IMG/VR virus record: IMGVR_UViG_2512047041_000010
DNA from: a virus
Taxonomy: Duplodnaviria > Heunggongvirae > Uroviricota > Caudoviricetes
DNA: 41,896 nucleotides
Strand: one strand, 5' to 3'
Positions 36,587 to 41,896 of this stretch are shown here, piece by piece; the first letter of the stretch is position 1, and every line of letters starts with the position of its first letter. The translations under genes and the position numbers were made by a program. The notes below the pieces were generated by a model. That model was not told the DNA's origin, made no database searches, and worked only from the letters and a program-made list of their open reading frames with translations.

Positions 36587-36610
36587 AGCCGCCTCATGGC
36601 GGCTTTTTTA
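36587..36610 (+). terminator. rho-independent terminator after the repressor gene
   Basis: AGCCGCC-tcat-GGCGGCT followed by TTTTTT. Confidence 0.75.
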
Positions 36611-36621
36611 TTGCCAGATAG

Positions 36622-36700
36622 ATTACCTTACGGGTAATTTTTTTAACTCATATCTATTGACACCAAACCAAATAAGCATAATTATTACCTCAACGGTAAC
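36622..36700. promoter_or_regulatory. OL/pL-like region: operators ATTACCTTACGGGTAAT (36622..36638) and ATTACCTCAACGGTAAC (36684..36700) flanking a promoter (-35 TTGACA at 36657..36662)
   Basis: Perfect and near-perfect TTACC-N5-GGTAA palindromes; consensus -35 with an ATAATT -10 candidate overlapped by the second operator; drives the rightward recombination/integration operon. Confidence 0.6.
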
Positions 36701-36718
36701 AGACCGAGGTAACAAGTT

Positions 36719-36871
36719 ATGCAGTGGAAAATCATCAACGGTTGGTACTGCGTTACTGCATGCGGATTCATGAGCTGGAAGTTCCGCACCTTACAGGAAG
36801 GCATTAAGTGGGCTTTCGTCAGCAAAGAAGCTCGCGATGTAGCCAACGATAACGAGATATGGGAGGGCTGA
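36719..36871 (+). CDS. small hypothetical protein (50 aa), first ORF of the pL-like operon
   Basis: ATG about 20 nt downstream of the operator-overlapped promoter; stop 2 nt before the next start; below the ORF-track size cut-off, found by eye. Confidence 0.3.
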   Translation: MQWKIINGWYCVTACGFMSWKFRTLQEGIKWAFVSKEARDVANDNEIWEG

Positions 36872-36873
36872 TA

Positions 36874-37173
36874 ATGAACGTTAATCAGCAGAAAAATCTT
36901 CAAAAAATCATGCTGGCATTCGACAAGGACTACCGCCTGTCAGAACAGCTATATGACCGACAAGTTGAACTGATTGAGAGCATCCGACTTCATCAACTGT
37001 CCTCAACTTTCGACGTTGTAACAGGCAAAGGCGTTCGTCAGGAAGTGCTGGAGGCTGCTAAAGACAGCCCTGAGTTCGAAGAACTGATGGATGCCTACCG
37101 GCGCGAGGCAATGGCAATTATAGCGCGCTGGGATCTGGCGGATCAGCTTGATGGGCAGAGGGACGCGGCATGA
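36874..37173 (+). CDS. hypothetical early protein (99 aa)
   Basis: SD GGGAGGG; stop overlaps the exonuclease start (ATGATG). Confidence 0.5.
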   Translation: MNVNQQKNLQKIMLAFDKDYRLSEQLYDRQVELIESIRLHQLSSTFDVVTGKGVRQEVLEAAKDSPEFEELMDAYRREAMAIIARWDLADQLDGQRDAA

Positions 37174-38069
37174 TGCGGAACGCTGGAATCATGGATAGAA
37201 CAAAATACATCGGAGGAAGCGATGTTGCAGGGATTCTTGGAATTAGCCCATGGCGCACCCCGCTTGAGGTTTATCTGGATAAGGTCCAGCCACGTGTCAA
37301 ACCAGTAGACCCAAGCAAGCAGAAAGTTTTCACGCGTGGCCAGCGTATGGAGCCATACGTAATAGACCTGCTTTCTGAGGAAACAGGGATGGAAATCGTT
37401 CATCGCGGAAACCGCTATATCCACCGTGATTACGATTTTATTGCAGCTGAGATCGATGCAGAAGCAGCGTCAGGCGAGAACATTGAGATCAAAACAGTTA
37501 GTCCGTTCAAAGCCAAAGAATGGGGAGAAATCCAGACAGATGCAATTCCTGTGCATTACACGGCCCAGGCCATGCACGGGTTGATGGTTACAAACAAACA
37601 GGTATGCGTTTTCGGTGTGCTTATCGGTGGCGACGACTTCCGAATCTATCGGGTTGAGCGTGATGAAGAAACTATCCAGGCGATCTTAGAAAAAGAAATC
37701 GCTTTCTGGGACCGAGTGAAAAATCTTAACCCGCCGGAAGCTACCAGCGTAAGCGATGTATCGCTGATGTTTGAGAAAGATGCCGGGACAAGTATCGAGG
37801 CTGACGGAAAGGCACTCGCACTATTCAACGATCTACGAGACATGAAATCACGCAGAAAATCACTGGAAGAAGAAATAGCTATATCAGAAGAGAAGCTGAA
37901 GATGTACATGCAAGAGCACTCAGTCCTGACCCTGGACGGAAAGCCGCTCTGCACATGGAAATCTCAGATCAGCAACAGATTCGACCAGAAGCTATTCCAG
38001 TCAGTACACCCTGAGTTATTCGAAAAATTCAAAACAACAACGACACAACGCGTCTTCAGAATGAAGTAA
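37170..38069 (+). CDS. YqaJ-type phage exonuclease (recombination exonuclease)
   Basis: N-terminal RTKYIGGSDVAGILGISPWRTPLEVY is the YqaJ/lambda-Exo-like viral recombinase signature; immediately followed by recT. Confidence 0.75.
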   Translation: MMRNAGIMDRTKYIGGSDVAGILGISPWRTPLEVYLDKVQPRVKPVDPSKQKVFTRGQRMEPYVIDLLSEETGMEIVHRGNRYIHRDYDFIAAEIDAEAASGENIEIKTVSPFKAKEWGEIQTDAIPVHYTAQAMHGLMVTNKQVCVFGVLIGGDDFRIYRVERDEETIQAILEKEIAFWDRVKNLNPPEATSVSDVSLMFEKDAGTSIEADGKALALFNDLRDMKSRRKSLEEEIAISEEKLKMYMQEHSVLTLDGKPLCTWKSQISNRFDQKLFQSVHPELFEKFKTTTTQRVFRMK

Positions 38070-38078
38070 GGAGAAAAA

Positions 38079-39101
38079 ATGTCTATCAATGCACTTAAGG
38101 CAGCGGCTACCGGTAACCAAGTTGCACATCATAATGAGAAACCAACAACTCTGGCCGGACTTCTGGCAGACCCAAAAATTAAAGCTCAGATGGCTTTGGC
38201 ACTTCCAAAGCACATGACAGCAGACCGTCTGGCGCGCATAGCAACCACAGAGATCAGAAAGGTTCCAAAACTTGCATCATGCGACCAAGCCAGCTTCCTG
38301 GGGGCAATTATGCAATGTGCCCAATTGGGTCTTGAACCAGGCGGAGCTCTTGGACACGCTTACCTGATACCGTTCGACAAACGCCAGAAAGTAAATGGAA
38401 GATGGGAAACCGTATCTACAGAAGCACAGCTGATTATCGGCTATCGCGGAATGATTGACCTTGCCCGCCGCTCTGGGCAGATCCTGAGTATCTCGGCTCG
38501 TACCGTACATACAAACGACAAATTCAGCTACTCATACGGCCTGGAAGAAACGCTCGAGCATTTACCTTGCGAAACAGGTGACCGCGGAGAATTAACGCAC
38601 GTTTACGCCGTTGCACGACTGAAAGATGGCGGAGTCCAATTTGAAGTTATGAGCCGGGCAGACGTTGAGAAAGTTCGTGCACTGAGCAAAGCCGGTAGCA
38701 GTGGCCCATGGGTTGATCACTTCGATGAGATGGCTAAAAAAACAGTAATTCGCCGACTGTTCAAATATCTTCCTGTTTCTATTGAAATGCAGAAGGCTGT
38801 TGTTATGGATGAGCGCGCTGAAGCTGGACTTAGCCAAGATAACGCAGCTGTTATCACTGGTGAATATTCCGTAGTTGACGATGAGCGTCAACACCTGTCG
38901 CCAATTTCAGATTCAGAACGAGAAGAAGCTCGAGAATATATCATCGCGATACTTAATAGCCTGGATCCATCTGCTGAAGATGCAAAAACGATGTTCAAGC
39001 GCGCTGAAAATGAAATTAACACCATGGCTGAAAAGCTCGGTGATGAATATCACCAAAAATTCATGATGACGCTTAACGATATGCGTCCAGAATTCGAGTA
39101 A
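38079..39101 (+). CDS. recT: RecT single-strand annealing protein
   Basis: 340-aa ORF with SD AAGGAG; RecT-family blocks (GLEPGGALGHAYLIPF, QLIIGYRGMIDLARRSG). Confidence 0.8.
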   Translation: MSINALKAAATGNQVAHHNEKPTTLAGLLADPKIKAQMALALPKHMTADRLARIATTEIRKVPKLASCDQASFLGAIMQCAQLGLEPGGALGHAYLIPFDKRQKVNGRWETVSTEAQLIIGYRGMIDLARRSGQILSISARTVHTNDKFSYSYGLEETLEHLPCETGDRGELTHVYAVARLKDGGVQFEVMSRADVEKVRALSKAGSSGPWVDHFDEMAKKTVIRRLFKYLPVSIEMQKAVVMDERAEAGLSQDNAAVITGEYSVVDDERQHLSPISDSEREEAREYIIAILNSLDPSAEDAKTMFKRAENEINTMAEKLGDEYHQKFMMTLNDMRPEFE

Positions 39102-39150
39102 CCACCACCGCGGCGCCACGTGCGCCGCACTGCAACCAAGAGAGGTATTC

Positions 39151-39399
39151 ATGAAAGGTGCATTAGGTAAGAAAGAACTCCTGGCGGTGGTGCCACTGTC
39201 ATGGAGCACTATCGACCGTATGGAGCGCGCAGGGGAATTTCCTAAACGCTGGTATATCACCGATAAACGCTGCGCATGGAACCGTGATGAAGTTGAGCGT
39301 TGGCTTGATGAACGTCAGGCAGCAAGCCCGGCAGAGTTCCAGGGTAAAAAGCCTCCTGTTCAGCAACGTGTATATCGTCCTGTGAGCAACGCGGCATGA
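39151..39399 (+). CDS. AlpA-family transcriptional regulator / excisionase-like protein
   Basis: 82-aa ORF; LLAVVPLSWSTIDRMERAGEFPKR matches the AlpA/Xis-type HTH. Confidence 0.65.
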   Translation: MKGALGKKELLAVVPLSWSTIDRMERAGEFPKRWYITDKRCAWNRDEVERWLDERQAASPAEFQGKKPPVQQRVYRPVSNAA

Positions 39400-39508
39400 G
39401 TGTGCTGCTAAGGCACTGGAGCAAATGGTCAGGATGGTACTTATTCCTGGCCTCTGTTTCAGCATGGCTTTATCTGCTGGCATTAATTTTCAGAGAGGGT
39501 TGGATTAA

Positions 39509-39808
39509 GTGAGAAAGTTAAGCCGACTTGAAAAATATCACATGAACAAGGTTTCAATGCGCAGCCCTTCAAAGGTTGTTGCCGTTACTCCTGCGGCGAT
39601 AGAGATCGAAAAACGCGCGATTGAAAGAGAGAAAAAAGGGCAGTTCCGCATTGCCGCCCACCTTTGGCTTCAGTGTATGGATGTTGCTTCTGGTGATGTT
39701 GAACGTGCAAGGATCGCGGTTCGCAGGGACCAATGTATCACAAAAGGTAACGGCCTTCGCCGTGGCGACTATAGCGGCATAGGATGTTGTGGGGTGGTTT
39801 ATGACTAA
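39509..39808 (+). CDS. hypothetical protein
   Basis: 99-aa ORF, possibly GTG-initiated; start uncertain (alternative ATG at 39542). Confidence 0.35.
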   Translation: MRKLSRLEKYHMNKVSMRSPSKVVAVTPAAIEIEKRAIEREKKGQFRIAAHLWLQCMDVASGDVERARIAVRRDQCITKGNGLRRGDYSGIGCCGVVYD

Positions 39809-40451
39809 GAAATACACACTAATCTATGCAGATCCACCCTGGGTATACCGGGACAAAGCCGCAGATGGTAATCGCGGTGCCGGTTTTAAATATCCGGTTA
39901 TGAGTGTGCTGGATATCTGCCGCCTTCCTGTGTGGGATTTGGCCGATGAAAACTGTCTGTTGGCGATGTGGTGGGTGCCAACACAACCACTCGAAGCACT
40001 AAAAGTTGTTGAAGCCTGGGGATTCCGTCTGATGACGATGAAGGGCTTCACGTGGATAAAATGTGGTAGTCGACAACCAGATAAACTGGTTATGGGTATG
40101 GGACACATGACTCGCGCCAATAGTGAAGATTGCCTGTTTGCGGTAAAGGGAAAACTACCTACGCGCATTAATGCAGGGATCGTTCAGTCATTTACCGCAC
40201 CGCGGCTTGAGCATTCAAGAAAGCCAGATATCGTTCGTGAAAAACTTGTGCAATTATTAGGCGATGTTTCTCGCATTGAACTGTTCGCCCGCCAGACGTC
40301 TCATGGCTTCGATGTTTGGGGTAATCAGTGCGAAGACCCGGCAGTGCAACTACACCCTGGATACGCGTTGGATATTGGCGGATTAACAAATGCATTCAGC
40401 AATGCTCCGCTGTCACCAACAGACAACCAGGGGCGGGAGCGTGCTGCATGA
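39801..40451 (+). CDS. MT-A70 family DNA N6-adenine methyltransferase
   Basis: Motif LIYADPPWVY (DPPW catalytic motif) near the N-terminus; SD GGGGTGG. Confidence 0.8.
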   Translation: MTKKYTLIYADPPWVYRDKAADGNRGAGFKYPVMSVLDICRLPVWDLADENCLLAMWWVPTQPLEALKVVEAWGFRLMTMKGFTWIKCGSRQPDKLVMGMGHMTRANSEDCLFAVKGKLPTRINAGIVQSFTAPRLEHSRKPDIVREKLVQLLGDVSRIELFARQTSHGFDVWGNQCEDPAVQLHPGYALDIGGLTNAFSNAPLSPTDNQGRERAA

Positions 40452-40642
40452 ACAGGGCATCACCAGCAGATTTAAGAAAATGCCTTGAAACTGCAAACAT
40501 GCTTGCACACAGCGGGATCAGGTTTGTTCCAATTCCCGCTGTCACTGATGCTGAATTTGCAACACTGTCAGCAATATTCGAAAACAAAATTGAATCACTG
40601 GCAGCAGAAGCAGAGATGGAAGAAAATCAGCAGAACTATTAA
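40448..40642 (+). CDS. small hypothetical protein (64 aa)
   Basis: ATG overlaps the methyltransferase stop (ATGA); convergent with the integrase gene. Confidence 0.4.
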   Translation: MNRASPADLRKCLETANMLAHSGIRFVPIPAVTDAEFATLSAIFENKIESLAAEAEMEENQQNY

Positions 40643-40645
40643 ACG

Positions 40646-41896
40646 TTATTCCCCCGCCATCCACTTCTCAAACTTCGACGGGGAGAACGGAATCAGATCC
40701 GTATGCTCCCCGTCAATCCATGAATCAATCATATCGGCCCACTGCTGCAACATGTAGGCGCGCTGTCTGGCGTATTCCGCTTTGTTATATACGGCGCGCA
40801 CACCTTTCTGCTCATGTGCCAGAGCCTTTTCAATCCAGTCTGAAGGATAACCAGCCTCATGCAACAACGTACTGGCTGTACGGCGCATATCATGTACAGT
40901 GAAGTCCTGAATATGCTCACCATCTTCATTTATTATTTTCACCGTTCTGTCGATCAGAGAGTTCAGCGCGGCATTAGATAATGGCTTCCGGAAATTGTAA
41001 CGACCAGGAACCAGATATTCACTTCCACCAGCGCACATCTGCAACCCGACCAATATATCCTGTGCCTGTTTAGGCAGGTAAATAACGTGCGCCCGGCTTC
41101 CCTTCATGCGGTCTGGAGGAATTGTCCATGTCCATTTTTTAAAATCTATTTCATCCCACGTTGCATTGGTGAATTCGCCCTTACGAACCATAGTGATAAG
41201 CACCAGTTTTAAAGCCATTTTCATAGTGCCCATAGCACCAATGGCATCCAGCGTGCGGAAGAACAGGCCAATTTCTTCTGGTGTCAGTGTTCGCTCTCGT
41301 GGTTTAAATATGGCGATAGACGAAGGTTTAATGTCAGCCGCAGGATTAAACAAACCATGACCACGGTCATTGGCGTGACGGTATACGCTACTGATGATCT
41401 CCCTGGCCTGCACTGCTGTTGCCCGGCCACCGCGTTCGACAATCCGGTCACACAAATCACGAACCATCGATGTGGTAATTTCAGCCATCATTTTATTGCC
41501 AAGAACCGGAAGTATGTCACGGTCGATCACCGCCTGTTTCATTGCGCGGGTACTGTCAGCCAGGATGACGTGTTTCATATAACTGTCGGTATGTACCGCA
41601 AACGTCTCGGCACCACGAATCTTTTTGATACCGTCACGTTTAGCCGCAGCCGGTGACTGGCCTGCTTTAAGCAGCTTCTTTGCAGCAATCAGTTCTTCTC
41701 GCGCTTCTGCCAGGCTGATACCGTCACGCCCATACTGCCCGATTACCAGTGTTTCGCGGCGACCGTTGATACGGTAGTCATAGCGAAACGAGACCGTGCC
41801 TGACGTAAGCACAGCTACATACAGCCCGTCACGATCGGAGACCTTGTACAGTTTGTCCTGCGGCTTGAGGTTTTTTAATTTTGTATCGGTAAGCAC
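40646..41896 (-). CDS. int: tyrosine site-specific integrase (P4-type, N-terminal arm-binding domain), 5' end truncated by the window edge
   Basis: N-terminus LTDTKLKNLKPQDKLYKVSDRDGLYVAV is the DUF4102-type integrase arm domain; C-terminal catalytic region with HDMRRT...LAH...Y motifs; ORF runs to the last base of the window. Confidence 0.85.
   Translation of the reverse strand: MLTDTKLKNLKPQDKLYKVSDRDGLYVAVLTSGTVSFRYDYRINGRRETLVIGQYGRDGISLAEAREELIAAKKLLKAGQSPAAAKRDGIKKIRGAETFAVHTDSYMKHVILADSTRAMKQAVIDRDILPVLGNKMMAEITTSMVRDLCDRIVERGGRATAVQAREIISSVYRHANDRGHGLFNPAADIKPSSIAIFKPRERTLTPEEIGLFFRTLDAIGAMGTMKMALKLVLITMVRKGEFTNATWDEIDFKKWTWTIPPDRMKGSRAHVIYLPKQAQDILVGLQMCAGGSEYLVPGRYNFRKPLSNAALNSLIDRTVKIINEDGEHIQDFTVHDMRRTASTLLHEAGYPSDWIEKALAHEQKGVRAVYNKAEYARQRAYMLQQWADMIDSWIDGEHTDLIPFSPSKFEKWMAGE

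Overview
This window is almost entirely one mosaic temperate phage (prophage), apparently of an Escherichia/Shigella-type host, with the leftmost ~2.4 kb possibly host or cargo DNA. All gene identities are from reading the translations and recalled family motifs; no database search was run. Left to right: a lipoprotein gene and a secreted-protein gene split by an IS3-family element (IS629/IS1203/IS3411-like); a minus-strand lysis cassette (two holin-like proteins, GH19 endolysin, Rz/Rz1); a large tailspike with a sialidase-like domain; a plus-strand accessory island (LexA-box-controlled small antirepressor-like gene, Bro-N antirepressor, two orphan genes); a T7-like structural module (internal virion proteins, tail tube, capsid, scaffold, portal); a plus-strand tRNA-Arg(UCU) moron; terminase small and large subunits; a lambdoid early region (DUF1064/Ea22/DUF551/NinX-like genes, P-like and O-like replication genes with an iteron origin, Cro-like gene, divergent double-HTH repressor lacking a LexA-like cleavage domain); and a RecET-like recombination module, AlpA-like gene, MT-A70 methyltransferase and a P4-type integrase truncated at the window end. 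The most interesting signals are (i) a 17-bp palindromic operator family ATTACC-N5-GGTAAT at 13 intergenic sites, including every accessory-gene promoter, (ii) an apparent antirepressor-based SOS induction circuit, (iii) structured RNA-like regions upstream of the antirepressor and the tRNA, (iv) a perfect 12-bp palindrome GTGACATGTCAC present three times at gene 3' ends, and (v) AT-rich orphan genes with no recognisable domains. The prophage attachment sites are not identifiable inside the window.
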